Positions 1 to 9,112 of a DNA stretch of 32,262 bases are shown piece after piece. The DNA comes from a virus. The translations under genes and the position numbers were made by a program. How positions within the stretch are numbered: the first letter of the stretch is position 1; the number at the start of each line of letters is the position of its first letter. The stretch lies in UHGV virus genome UHGV-2051569, one strand, 5' to 3'. The notes under the pieces are model-generated. The model saw only the letters and a program-made list of their open reading frames with translations, was not told the origin of the DNA and did not search any database.

Positions 1-233
1 TTAATTTCGATTATTTTTCCCGGATGGAAAATTCTTAGAAACCGATCACATACAGCTGCATTTATTAAGGTTATCATCCGTTTCGCTGAAAAACATAACC
101 CATAAAATGCTAGCTGTACCAGGAACCACCTCCTTAGCCTGTGTAATCTCCCTTACACGGGCTTATTTTTTACGCATAATACAATGAAATAAAAGGATTT
201 ATTTCTGGTCACGTCCACACATTGACCACATCG

Positions 234-268
234 ACAAAAAAGCCCCTCGACTGAGGGGCTTTCTGTTT
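234..268. terminator. Bidirectional intrinsic terminator hairpin just past the ogr stop
   Basis: GC-rich stem gcccctc/gaggggc with a 4-nt loop, flanked by an A-run on one side and ttctgttt on the other, so it reads as hairpin plus U-tract on both strands. Confidence 0.5.
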
Positions 269-272
269 GTAA

Positions 273-491
273 TTACATCCACATAATTTGCTGCCCTGAT
301 GGCAACGGGTGCGGCCTTACGGCGTGGACTTCTCCCGGCTTCACGATGTATCGCTGTACCGACTCATAAGTGATGAACGTGGCGCTGCAATTCACGTTCT
401 GGCACTGGTGATAACGCTCTTTTGTCGTGTCAGTGATATAGCGACTTGTACGCGCATGTGCGGCATGCTGGCATAAAGGACAATGAAACAT
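273..491 (-). CDS. ogr: Ogr/Delta-family zinc-finger activator of late transcription
   Basis: 72-aa product MFHCPLCQHAAHARTSRYIT...CQNVNC with a four-Cys zinc finger; matches P2 Ogr as recalled. The 93-aa track ORF is trimmed to the internal ATG, which has a GAGG-type RBS. Confidence 0.9.
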   Translation of the reverse strand: MFHCPLCQHAAHARTSRYITDTTKERYHQCQNVNCSATFITYESVQRYIVKPGEVHAVRPHPLPSGQQIMWM

Positions 492-572
492 CGCGAGCAC
501 CTCTTCCGGTTTTGTTGATGGTGCCATTTTAGTTAATTTATCCTTATAAAACAAACAGATAAAATAAAAACA

Positions 573-1736
573 TCACTCATCATCTTCTGTTTCGTACTCC
601 ACATCAGAAAGCCTGACCTCAAGCTCTAAGGACGTCGTGAAGCCGGAATTATTCAGGAAGTGTGTCACCTTAGTGATTGTCCAGTCCTGCTCGTCTATGA
701 CGCGCTTAAAGCCTGACACTTTGACCGGCGTTTCCGTGTAAATATCTGCCCGACCAGTAGCCAGACTGATGGAGAACTCCGCTACACCCCGTTGCAGTTT
801 ATCCCACTTCGCCTGAGCTGCGCGCATGGCCTGTGCTTTCGTGGCATATACCGTGGTCAGTGCAAAAACGTTGTCAGCCTCACCTGCCATGTATTCACCT
901 TCGCGCGCTTCCGGTGCTTTTGGCGCTTTCTTCTGCGTGACCGGTTTCGCTTTCGGGTGCTCCAGTGCGCGCAGGTGTTTCTCTTTCTTTTTGCGTTTCA
1001 GTTTTACCTTCTGCTTTTGCGGCTTCGGGTCTTTGGTGTGTAACCACTTTGCCGTTACGCCGGTATAGGCTCCACGGTCAGCAATCGCAAAATGATGACG
1101 GTCACCGTCGCTGCGGGTGATGGTAATCTGCGGGATTTTTTTACCGCTGGCCGTCACCCCCTGCCCCGCTTTGAGAAACAACAGTTTTCCCATTTTTACC
1201 GACACCTCACCGCCGTTGCGTTCAGCAAGGCGGGTCAGGAATTTCGCATCAGACTCCTGCGACTGGTCGATGTGCGGGATTTTAATTCCGGCCAGTGACG
1301 GAGCAACACTGGCTTCCAGCCTGTTACGGGAGGCTATCGCCTCAACAATCGCACCGAGCGTGGTGTCATGCCATGAGCCTTCACGGCGGGAATTGAGCGT
1401 CCCGCGAAAATCTGCACTCCGGGCGCGGATGGTGACCACATCCGGCGCGCCCCGGTGTTCAACCTCATCAACGGTGAATTTCCCTTTGCATACCAGGGCA
1501 AAACCTTTCCAGCCGATATACACCGTCAGGACAGCGCCACGAACCGGCAGCCCAACCTGCCCGTCGGCATCGTTCAGTTCAATATCAAGCTGGTCAGCCT
1601 CAAAGCCCCGGTTATCCGTCAGGGTCATGCTCATCAGACGGTCACTGATATTGCCGGTAATATCCCTGCTGTCGAGCATCAGCATGTAATCCGGCGTCAG
1701 CGTACTGCCTGCATCAAATGTCAGCGCATCCAGCAT
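573..1736 (-). CDS. D: Tail protein D (P2 gpD-like)
   Basis: 387-aa ORF with P2 gpD-like sequence (MLDALTFDAGSTLTPDYMLMLDSRD...) in the conserved position between U and ogr. Confidence 0.9.
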   Translation of the reverse strand: MLDALTFDAGSTLTPDYMLMLDSRDITGNISDRLMSMTLTDNRGFEADQLDIELNDADGQVGLPVRGAVLTVYIGWKGFALVCKGKFTVDEVEHRGAPDVVTIRARSADFRGTLNSRREGSWHDTTLGAIVEAIASRNRLEASVAPSLAGIKIPHIDQSQESDAKFLTRLAERNGGEVSVKMGKLLFLKAGQGVTASGKKIPQITITRSDGDRHHFAIADRGAYTGVTAKWLHTKDPKPQKQKVKLKRKKKEKHLRALEHPKAKPVTQKKAPKAPEAREGEYMAGEADNVFALTTVYATKAQAMRAAQAKWDKLQRGVAEFSISLATGRADIYTETPVKVSGFKRVIDEQDWTITKVTHFLNNSGFTTSLELEVRLSDVEYETEDDE

Positions 1737-2215
1737 TATCCCGCCCCCGTCATACCTGTGAATCTGGTCGCCAGACTGCCGGCCTTACCGATGAGCGACT
1801 CCGCCTGTTTACCGATATCGCCATAAAGCGCGGCCAGTGATTCATCAACGCGGGTGAGCGACAGCGTAAAATCAATTTTCCGGGGTGTGCCGTCTGCAAA
1901 GAAAATACTCCCTGTTTCACTCACCTTGCTGATGACATACATGCCGTAAATCATGCCAGTGCCATCCAGCAACGGCCACGCCCGGCCTTCATCTGCCATC
2001 AGCCTGAGCGTGGTCATCGTCAGCTTTCCGCCGGTCAGTTCGGGATAAAGCACACCGGCCAGCGTGATGTTTTCCTCACCCACACCGAGAAACTGGTAGG
2101 CATCCCGTTTACCGATACGGGAATTTGACGGCCAGCGATAATCCGATTCACGCTGCATGGTCTGGTGTGGCAGTGTCTGGCGCATAAAAACAAACATACC
2201 TAACGCGAGCATCAT
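1736..2215 (-). CDS. U: Tail protein U (P2 gpU-like)
   Basis: 159-aa ORF in conserved T-U-D order; its stop overlaps the D start. Confidence 0.85.
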   Translation of the reverse strand: MMLALGMFVFMRQTLPHQTMQRESDYRWPSNSRIGKRDAYQFLGVGEENITLAGVLYPELTGGKLTMTTLRLMADEGRAWPLLDGTGMIYGMYVISKVSETGSIFFADGTPRKIDFTLSLTRVDESLAALYGDIGKQAESLIGKAGSLATRFTGMTGAG

Positions 2216-2229
2216 TTTTCGTCACCTCC

Positions 2230-4677
2230 TTAACCGTCATGCATCATGCTGGCACGGGCGCGCGCACGTTTATCCCGCTCGTATTTTTCGAGCGCATCCT
2301 GTAACTGGCGGTCAAGCTGTGTTCCCGGCGCAGTACCGCCCGTCAGGTTAATGTGATATTCGTTTTTACTCTGGTCCACATAAGAGCGGCCAGCCGGTGC
2401 CGTAACCGGCTGATAAGCCTGATAGCCTGCATAAGAGCTGGTCGCCGGAATATAACCACCGGTGCCATACGTGGCGGCATTAGTCCTTGCGGCGGTCTGG
2501 TCAAGTGTGTCTGACTCTTTGTTGATAACACCGAGTTTTTCCAGTACCCAGTCAATGCCGCTGCGCAGTTTGTTGAACGCATTAAGCGGCAGCATCAGCG
2601 CGTCAGCCAGTGCCTGCCCGAACAGGACGCCCGTGTCACGGCAACGGTTCAGGGTGTCCTGGGTGGCTTTGACCGGGGCAATCAGGTTTTTAAACCACTG
2701 CCACGCGGCCTGTAACTTTTCGCCCAGCCAGTCAAACACCGGCTTAAGTGGCGTGAACAGTTCCCCCACAGGCGCAAATGCCGCTTTCAGCCCTTCCACC
2801 ACACCGCCAAAGAATGCGCTGACAGGCTCCCAGTATTTACGGATAAGTAACGCCCCGGCGACAATGGCGGCCACCACGGCCACAACCGGCCAGCTAATCG
2901 CCCCGATGGCCGTCATAACAGCACTGCCAACCGTCGTGAAGATTGCACCCATTGCGCCTGCTGCCGCGATGATGGCATTGATGCCGGTGATAACCGGCCA
3001 GGCTACAAGACCAATGGCACCGATGACACCAATCAGCGCCAGTGCACCACCGACAATGAGGCCGATGGTTGATGCCAGTGATTTGTTTTTCTGGATCCAG
3101 CCGTCGAGTTTTAACACATACTTTGTGGCCGTCTGCGTGAGCTTACGCAGCGCGCCTTCCTGCTGGTCAAACAGGTCAGTCCCCACCGCCTCATAAGCGG
3201 ACTGAAACTCTTTAAAGTCACCGCCTAGGTTGTCCTGCATGATATTTACCAGCTCGGCGGTCTTCCCGTCTGAGGCTTTAAACGCAGCGGTCAGTTTGTC
3301 CAGCTTTCCGGTTGAGGCGGCAGTCATCAGCACGGCGGCGGCTGAGCTGGCCTCCTCCCCGAAAATAGTTTTCATGTATTCAGCCTGCTGGGCAGTACCG
3401 AGCCGGTTTTTCTCAAAACTGGCCTGCATTTCTTTCAGAATGGTAAATATTGGCCGGGTGTTTCCCTTGCTGTCTGAGGTTTTCACTCCAAGCTCTTTGA
3501 GTGCATCCCATGCTTTTCCCGTCGGTGCCTGCAGGCGGCTTAACACGGCACGGCTTCCCGTCCCCGCCATTGAGCCTGTGATTTTTGCATCATGCAGCGC
3601 CCCGACCATTGCGGCGGTTTCTTCAATGCTGACACCGGCATTTTTTGCCACAGGTGCGGCATAGGTCAGCGCATCGCTCATGCCGTCAAAATCGGCGGCG
3701 GTTTTGTTCATCGTCATGGAGAGAACATCCCCGATATGAGCGACCTTATCGTTTGAAAGCTGAAAGGCGGATTTCATCCCCATCAGCAGGGCGGCGCTTT
3801 CTTCCATCGTGCGGCGGTTCGCCAGCGCCATATTCAGCGTGACCGGCGTTGCCGCCTGAATGGCATCAACATCCCCACCCGCTTTCGCGATGATTATCTG
3901 TGCACCGGCCGCATCATCCGCCGAGGCGGCGGTATTGTCGCCGAGCTGGCGCGCCTGTTTGCGTAGTGCGGTCATTTCGGCGGAGTCTTTTGCCACTCCG
4001 AGCACGGCCTGCAATTCTGAGTTTTTCTGCGCAAACTCATAACCGGGCATCAGCAACTTAACTCCGGCCATCGTTCCCGCCGCCGCAATCCCCACACCGG
4101 CAGCGCCTACTGAGGCCATATTTCCGGCCAGTTCCTTTCCGGCCTGATAACGCTGTTTGACTGCGTTAAGTTTTGCCTGTTGCGCACTGACACGCGCCAG
4201 CGCGTCGCGCTGACGGTTAAGCTGTGCGGTGGTTTCACTGATACGGTTTTTCAGTCCCTGCTCATCATGTGCAAGATTGCGGGTATTAATTCCCACAGCG
4301 GCCAGTTCCCGCTGCTGGCGTTTAACGGAATCCGTCAGGCGGTTATATTTCGCCTGTAAGTCCTCCGTCGCTCGCTTTGCGGATTCCAGCACTTTCGCCT
4401 GAGCACGGGTCGGACGTTCGGTGTTTTTAAACTGTGTGGCAAGGGCTTCGGCTTCCTGCCGTGCCTTTTCAAGTGCATGACCAGTCACGGCGAGCTGCGC
4501 ACTGGTCTTGCGAAATCCCTCAATACGGGATGCGTGACCGTTCAGCTCGCGCAGTGATTTTTGTGTTTCCCGGATATCCCCCGACAGCGACTTGCTCGCT
4601 GTGCGGATGGATTTAAACGGGCGGGATGCCTGGTCAACAGCCCTGAGCAATACCTGTAATTTTACATTGTTACTCAT
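2230..4677 (-). CDS. T: Tail tape measure protein (P2 gpT-like)
   Basis: 815-aa ORF with a coiled-coil-rich N-terminus, a hydrophobic Gly/Ala-rich central segment and a conserved position after E/E'. Confidence 0.9.
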   Translation of the reverse strand: MSNNVKLQVLLRAVDQASRPFKSIRTASKSLSGDIRETQKSLRELNGHASRIEGFRKTSAQLAVTGHALEKARQEAEALATQFKNTERPTRAQAKVLESAKRATEDLQAKYNRLTDSVKRQQRELAAVGINTRNLAHDEQGLKNRISETTAQLNRQRDALARVSAQQAKLNAVKQRYQAGKELAGNMASVGAAGVGIAAAGTMAGVKLLMPGYEFAQKNSELQAVLGVAKDSAEMTALRKQARQLGDNTAASADDAAGAQIIIAKAGGDVDAIQAATPVTLNMALANRRTMEESAALLMGMKSAFQLSNDKVAHIGDVLSMTMNKTAADFDGMSDALTYAAPVAKNAGVSIEETAAMVGALHDAKITGSMAGTGSRAVLSRLQAPTGKAWDALKELGVKTSDSKGNTRPIFTILKEMQASFEKNRLGTAQQAEYMKTIFGEEASSAAAVLMTAASTGKLDKLTAAFKASDGKTAELVNIMQDNLGGDFKEFQSAYEAVGTDLFDQQEGALRKLTQTATKYVLKLDGWIQKNKSLASTIGLIVGGALALIGVIGAIGLVAWPVITGINAIIAAAGAMGAIFTTVGSAVMTAIGAISWPVVAVVAAIVAGALLIRKYWEPVSAFFGGVVEGLKAAFAPVGELFTPLKPVFDWLGEKLQAAWQWFKNLIAPVKATQDTLNRCRDTGVLFGQALADALMLPLNAFNKLRSGIDWVLEKLGVINKESDTLDQTAARTNAATYGTGGYIPATSSYAGYQAYQPVTAPAGRSYVDQSKNEYHINLTGGTAPGTQLDRQLQDALEKYERDKRARARASMMHDG

Positions 4678-5097
4678 TCGTGTTTCCGCTTCGCCGGAGC
4701 GCCTTTTCGCGCCATGTGATGAGTTCGGTCAGGCTCATGGGATACAGTTCTGATGGCGGCCAGTGAAATATCACTGCCACATCCGCCATCAGGTCATCGA
4801 CCGAGAGATTTTTCGGAAACGTCACTGCACCGAGTTCGGCGACAAAAAACCGACCACCTTACCGGCCAGCGCCACAAGGTCAGGCAGTTCCAGCGCGGCG
4901 ACTTCCTGCTCGGTCAGCATCGGTGCCGTCATGCGCGGCAGCACTTTAATCAGTGCATCGACTTCGGAGTTCGCGACTGCAGCCAGACTGACACCGCGCA
5001 GCGTCCCGGCATTGGGTTTCATTAGCGTGACCTGTTCGATAACCTGCTCACCACGTTTGACCGGATTGTCCAGGGTAATGACGTTTTCTTTGTTCAT
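4670..5097 (-). CDS. E+E' fusion made by programmed -1 ribosomal frameshift
   Basis: Zero-frame codons GGT TTT TTG contain the slippery heptamer T_TTT_TTG. I translated the -1 frame from that point and found 57 stop-free codons ending at a TAA that overlaps the T start codon; 85+57=142 aa, matching P2 E+E' as recalled. Confidence 0.7.
4822..5097 (-). CDS. E: Tail assembly chaperone E (P2 gpE-like)
   Basis: 91-aa ORF ending ...GFLSPNSVQ; position between FII and T. Confidence 0.85.
   Translation of the reverse strand: MNKENVITLDNPVKRGEQVIEQVTLMKPNAGTLRGVSLAAVANSEVDALIKVLPRMTAPMLTEQEVAALELPDLVALAGKVVGFLSPNSVQ
4843..4849 (-). other. Slippery heptamer TTTTTTG for the E/E' -1 frameshift
   Basis: Minus-strand sequence GG-TTT-TTG-TCG inside E, six codons before the E stop. 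Confidence 0.7.
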
Positions 5098-5153
5098 GGT
5101 TTTCTCACTTCTGAATCGGGGTTAACCGGTCAGCCAGGCTGACCGGATGAAAA

Positions 5154-5672
5154 TCACAGGCCGATATTGCGGCGGTGTTGCTCCAGCCGGTCGACGCCGT
5201 TCACCTTCTCAATCATGTTGATGGTGTCGATTTCTACCAGCTCCTTACCGTCCATCGTCAGCCGGAAATAGGTGCAGACCACGGAGATTTTCGACTCGGT
5301 GTCTTCTCCCTGTTTGCCCTCGCCGGTGTCGATTTCTTTCTGACGTCCACGCATGACCACCTCGACGGCCACCGTTTCGCCGGTATCGTCGCGCTGGTAA
5401 GAGCCTGCAAAACGAATCGGTACGGCATCCACACCGGTTGCGGCGTAAAGCTCCCAGATAACCGAATCCGGGAAGCCACCGAGCGACCACTCCATTGACA
5501 GCGCATCGTCATCAAGGCCGAGGTCTACCGGTGCGCTGCCGTTCATCCCCGCACCGCGATAGTTTTCGAGCTTACGGGTCAGTTTTGGCAGCGTGACGGA
5601 CTTCGCGACGCCCTGATAGCTGTAGCCGTTCAGAAAGACGTTCATTAACTTGAGTTTGCGCGGCATTGCCAT
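5154..5672 (-). CDS. FII: Tail tube protein (P2 gpFII-like)
   Basis: 172-aa ORF immediately downstream of the sheath gene; P2 FII-like sequence. Confidence 0.9.
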   Translation of the reverse strand: MAMPRKLKLMNVFLNGYSYQGVAKSVTLPKLTRKLENYRGAGMNGSAPVDLGLDDDALSMEWSLGGFPDSVIWELYAATGVDAVPIRFAGSYQRDDTGETVAVEVVMRGRQKEIDTGEGKQGEDTESKISVVCTYFRLTMDGKELVEIDTINMIEKVNGVDRLEQHRRNIGL

Positions 5673-5684
5673 CGGTCAGGCTCC

Positions 5685-6875
5685 TTAATTGCTGTTAACC
5701 GAGGTGACCAGATTTGCCAGGTATTTATCGGTAATACGCTGGCGCAGGGTCAGGTTTTCAAGAGGAGGCACCGGTGTATAGTCGTAGTCGATATACAGTT
5801 TTCCGGCCTTGAGGGTTTCCGCATCGTTGGATTCTTCGCTGAACCAGCAGGTCGCATCCACGATATAGCCGTTTGTTTTCAGCTCACGGAATTTGGCATT
5901 GATGCCGTCAACGATGTCGCGAATCAGCGTTGCAGTGATGGGCTTGTCCACCGCCCACATGTGCGCCTCAGCCATCGTGTCGGCCAGCACCTGCGCGGTG
6001 CGGGTGTAGTTTTCAAAGAGGAACAGCGTGTCATCAGAGCAGGTACGGTTACCCCAGAAGCGGAAACCGTCGCGGCGAATCAGCGTAGTGACGCCTGACT
6101 CGTTAAGCAGGTCAGCATCGGTGCCGGACTCCTGCAAATCCCAGAATACGGATGCGCTGATGCCGGTAACACCGTTTACCCCGACGTTGGACAGCGTTTT
6201 ATGCCAGCCCTGCTCCTGGTCGATTTTGGCACGCAGACCCAGCGCACGGGCGGTGGCATACGCGGTGGCGGTGGTACTGGTGACCGTATCCCATGCGAGG
6301 AAATCCGGCCAGATGACCATCAGCTCACGCTGGCTGAAATTCTGGCGGTAGGCTTTCACCTCGGAAATGGTTTTACAGCCCCATGCGCTGATATATCCGA
6401 AAGCGCGCAGCTTCTGACAGACTGATGCCAGTGCAACAGCCACCTCTTTGGTATCCAGCCCCGGCACACCAAGAATACGCGGTTTAACACCGGTTACCGA
6501 CTCCGCCGCCAGCAGGGCTTTCAGTCCGGTGTACTGACCGTTTTCGTCAGTGGTGCCGATGATATTGGAAACGGTCTGCGCGAGTTTCGTTTCCTCGTCG
6601 TCGCCGGTGCCGTCTTCCACACGCACGACAACGGTGACCGGTTTTGACTGGTCGGCGATGGCCTGTAACGATGCCGCCAGCGTGCCTTTTTTACCGGCCT
6701 TTGCAATTGCGCTCTGCACATTGGTAATCAGCACCGGTTTATTGAGGGGGAAGGTTTCCGCATCCGCATCGCTGGCCGTGCAGACCATGCCGACAATGGC
6801 AGTGGATACGGTGGAAATGACACGGGTGCCGTCGTTAATCTCCAGCACCTGCACGCCGTGATGATAGTCACTCAT
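5685..6875 (-). CDS. FI: Contractile tail sheath protein (P2 gpFI-like)
   Basis: 396-aa ORF starting MSDYHHGVQVLEINDGTRVI..., typical of myovirus sheath proteins. Confidence 0.9.
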   Translation of the reverse strand: MSDYHHGVQVLEINDGTRVISTVSTAIVGMVCTASDADAETFPLNKPVLITNVQSAIAKAGKKGTLAASLQAIADQSKPVTVVVRVEDGTGDDEETKLAQTVSNIIGTTDENGQYTGLKALLAAESVTGVKPRILGVPGLDTKEVAVALASVCQKLRAFGYISAWGCKTISEVKAYRQNFSQRELMVIWPDFLAWDTVTSTTATAYATARALGLRAKIDQEQGWHKTLSNVGVNGVTGISASVFWDLQESGTDADLLNESGVTTLIRRDGFRFWGNRTCSDDTLFLFENYTRTAQVLADTMAEAHMWAVDKPITATLIRDIVDGINAKFRELKTNGYIVDATCWFSEESNDAETLKAGKLYIDYDYTPVPPLENLTLRQRITDKYLANLVTSVNSN

Positions 6876-6934
6876 CCGTTTAACTCCGTGGTTAATGGGT
6901 GAGTGGTATTTTCAGTTGTGCCGGAGATGTCAGG

Positions 6935-7528
6935 CTATTTGTCCCGGTTGGTTAAGGGATGACACAATTTATTCTTTGTCGCTGATGAGGGGAATTTTTT
7001 ATAGAGCGTGGACAGGCCAATATCAAAAATCAGCGCCACACGTTGACGAGATTCCCCCGCAGCCAGCAACCGTCCGACCTGCTCCCACTCACTCGCGGTG
7101 AGTTTCGGACGTCTGCCACCAATACGACCTTTGGCTCTGGCCGCTTCCAGTCCGGCGCGTGTCCGCTCGACAATGAGTTCTCGCTCCATTTCAGCCAGGG
7201 CACCCATCACATGAAAGAAAAAACGCCCCATCGGCGTGCTGGTATCAATAGCATCCGTCAGACTGCGAAAATTAACGCCGCGTTCGCGCAGTTCCTCAAC
7301 CAGAATGACCAGATGCCGCATACTACGCCCCAGCCTGTCCAGCTTCCAGACTACCAGAGTGTCACCTGCTGATAATGTTCTGAGCAGTTTTTTCAGTCCC
7401 GGTCGGTCGGACTTCGTGCCGCTGATTTTATCCTCAAAAATCCGCTCGCATCCTGCGCACTCCAGCACGTTACGCTGCAATTCCGTGTTCTGGTCATTTG
7501 TTGACACGCGTACATAGCCAATAAGCAT
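6935..7528 (-). CDS. Serine-recombinase DNA invertase (Hin/Gin/Cin/Pin family)
   Basis: N-terminus MLIGYVRVSTNDQ...LVVWKLDRLGRS...FFFHVMGALAEMERELIVERT and a C-terminal HTH; near-collinear with Hin/Gin as recalled. Start moved to the internal ATG that has an AGGGGG RBS. Confidence 0.9.
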   Translation of the reverse strand: MLIGYVRVSTNDQNTELQRNVLECAGCERIFEDKISGTKSDRPGLKKLLRTLSAGDTLVVWKLDRLGRSMRHLVILVEELRERGVNFRSLTDAIDTSTPMGRFFFHVMGALAEMERELIVERTRAGLEAARAKGRIGGRRPKLTASEWEQVGRLLAAGESRQRVALIFDIGLSTLYKKFPSSATKNKLCHPLTNRDK

Positions 7529-7555
7529 GAGCATCCCCCTGAATAAAAACCGGAG

Positions 7556-8077
7556 ATGATGCCAGTTGCCCGTTATCTCTGCATTTTCATAAACGTTGGT
7601 TTGGGAGAAGGCTCTGCATTACCTGTTGGTGTGCCTGTTCCATGGCCTTCAGCCACACCGCCAACAGGCTGGCTGAAATGCAACGGTGCGGCTTTTTCTG
7701 CTGAAGAATACCCGGAACTGGCAAAGGCTTATCCGACAAATAAATTACCTGATTTACGCGGTGAGTTTATTCGTGGCTGGGATGACGGGCGCGGTATTGA
7801 TGCAGGACGTGTTTTATTGAGTATTCAGGCAGGAATGCTGGAAAAACACCGTCATATTGTTGTTGCCAATGATGGTTACGACACGAAAGATGAATGGGAA
7901 CTGGCTACGATTTTCAAAAAAACATACACACAAGGGCGAGGACTTGATGCCACAAATACAGGAGGGAGCCTAATCCCATCACCGACACTTCATTCACGAG
8001 GGAGTATCGGTAATACTGGCGGGAGTGAAACCCGTCCACGAAATATTGCATTTAACTTTATCGTGAGGGCTGCATAA
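7556..8077 (+). CDS. Alternative promoterless tail-fibre C-terminal domain, fused to H only after inversion
   Basis: The ORF crosses the left crossover site at codons ~10-18 (INVGLGEGS, compared with [10 protein letters not shown]); inversion would join the H constant region to GSALPVGVPVPWP... Confidence 0.65.
   Translation: MMPVARYLCIFINVGLGEGSALPVGVPVPWPSATPPTGWLKCNGAAFSAEEYPELAKAYPTNKLPDLRGEFIRGWDDGRGIDAGRVLLSIQAGMLEKHRHIVVANDGYDTKDEWELATIFKKTYTQGRGLDATNTGGSLIPSPTLHSRGSIGNTGGSETRPRNIAFNFIVRAA
7584..7609. repeat. Left crossover site (hix/gix-like)
   Basis: ttttcataaacgttggtttgggagaa; its reverse complement ttctcccaaaccaacgtttatgaaaa matches the right site and resembles hix (AAACCAAGGTTTTT core) as recalled. 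Confidence 0.7.
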
Positions 8078-8679
8078 TGGATAACGCCGTATTAAATAGC
8101 GAGCTTATTGCCACGAAGGCGGGGAATATTACCGTCTATAACTATGATGGTGAAACTCGGGAATATATTTCCACTTCAAATGAATATCTTGCCATTGGTG
8201 TCGGTATCCCGGCATATTCCTGTTTAGATGCTCCTGGTACACATAAGGCTGGTTATGCTATCTGCCGTTCGATGGATTTAAACTCATGGGAATATGTGCC
8301 AGACCATCGCGGTGAAATCGTCTATAACACCGAAACGGGAGATGCCAAAGAAATCACAGCACCGGGTGATTACCCCGAAAATACAACCACTATCGCCCCA
8401 TTAACGCCATACGATAAATGGGATGGTGAGAAATGGGTGACCGATACTGAGGCACAGCATAGCGCCGCAGTAGACGCGGCAGAAGCACAGCGTCAGTCAC
8501 TGATTGATACTGCAATGGCCTCCATCAGTCTGATTCAGCTGAAATTGCAGGCCGGGCGGAAGCTGACGCAGGCAGAAACCACCCGACTTAACGCTGTGCT
8601 GGATTACATTGACGCGGTGACGGCAACAGATACCAGCACCGCGCCGGATGTCATCTGGCCTGAACTGCCGGAGGCGTAG
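8077..8679 (+). CDS. Alternative tail-fibre assembly chaperone (inverted-orientation partner)
   Basis: 200-aa ORF whose C-terminus (...LDYIDAVTATDTSTAPDVIWPELPEA) parallels the minus-strand chaperone C-terminus (...LDYLDALELVDTSGAPDIEWPTPPA); the two genes converge and overlap at their 3' ends. Confidence 0.75.
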   Translation: MDNAVLNSELIATKAGNITVYNYDGETREYISTSNEYLAIGVGIPAYSCLDAPGTHKAGYAICRSMDLNSWEYVPDHRGEIVYNTETGDAKEITAPGDYPENTTTIAPLTPYDKWDGEKWVTDTEAQHSAAVDAAEAQRQSLIDTAMASISLIQLKLQAGRKLTQAETTRLNAVLDYIDAVTATDTSTAPDVIWPELPEA

Positions 8680-9091
8680 GCCATTCAATATCTGGCGCAC
8701 CGGAAGTATCGACCAGTTCCAGTGCGTCCAGGTAATCCAGCCACAAATTATATTGCGCCAGTTCGTCACCTTTCAGACGACCAATAGCCGCTTTACCAGG
8801 CCATTGTTTACTGTTCATATAATCGTTGGCCTGATTAATCAATTGCTGCTTCTCCAATTCGGCTGCAGCAATTTGTTCCTCATGTGTTGGTGGTGGAATT
8901 TCGGACCATGCAGGAAAACCATTTTCTCCAGCGATACGGATTTTTCCTTTCGGCGGTAATCCGGAAAACTCAATATACACTTGCTCATCAACTTCAACAG
9001 CATCATCTGGCCATGAGTCAGCTTGAGTGTAATCCTCTTTCATCTCCAGCGGATAGAAAGAGTTTGTAGTCGCGGAATATATGTAATTCAT
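8651..9091 (-). CDS. Tail-fibre assembly chaperone (gpG/U-like), currently expressed orientation
   Basis: 146-aa ORF directly downstream of H on the same strand, with the conserved C-terminal chaperone motif. Confidence 0.8.
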   Translation of the reverse strand: MNYIYSATTNSFYPLEMKEDYTQADSWPDDAVEVDEQVYIEFSGLPPKGKIRIAGENGFPAWSEIPPPTHEEQIAAAELEKQQLINQANDYMNSKQWPGKAAIGRLKGDELAQYNLWLDYLDALELVDTSGAPDIEWPTPPAVQAR

Positions 9092-9112
9092 TTTTCACTC
9101 CATATAGCTAAA

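Noticed and set aside
273-554. Full 93-aa track ORF as the ogr product
   Set aside because: The conserved Ogr/Delta zinc-finger protein is 72 aa as recalled; the internal ATG at 491 has a proper RBS, whereas the upstream 21 codons lie in the D-ogr spacer.
792-1689. Several plus-strand ORFs (83-190 aa) antisense to tail gene D
   Set aside because: They lie entirely inside the well-supported gpD coding sequence on the opposite strand, have low-complexity Arg/Ser/Cys-rich translations and no RBS; typical shadow ORFs of a GC-rich gene.
2462-4042. Plus-strand ORFs of 60-244 aa antisense to the tape measure gene T
   Set aside because: Shadow ORFs within gpT with Ala/Ser/Pro-rich low-complexity products, no independent start signals and no family resemblance.
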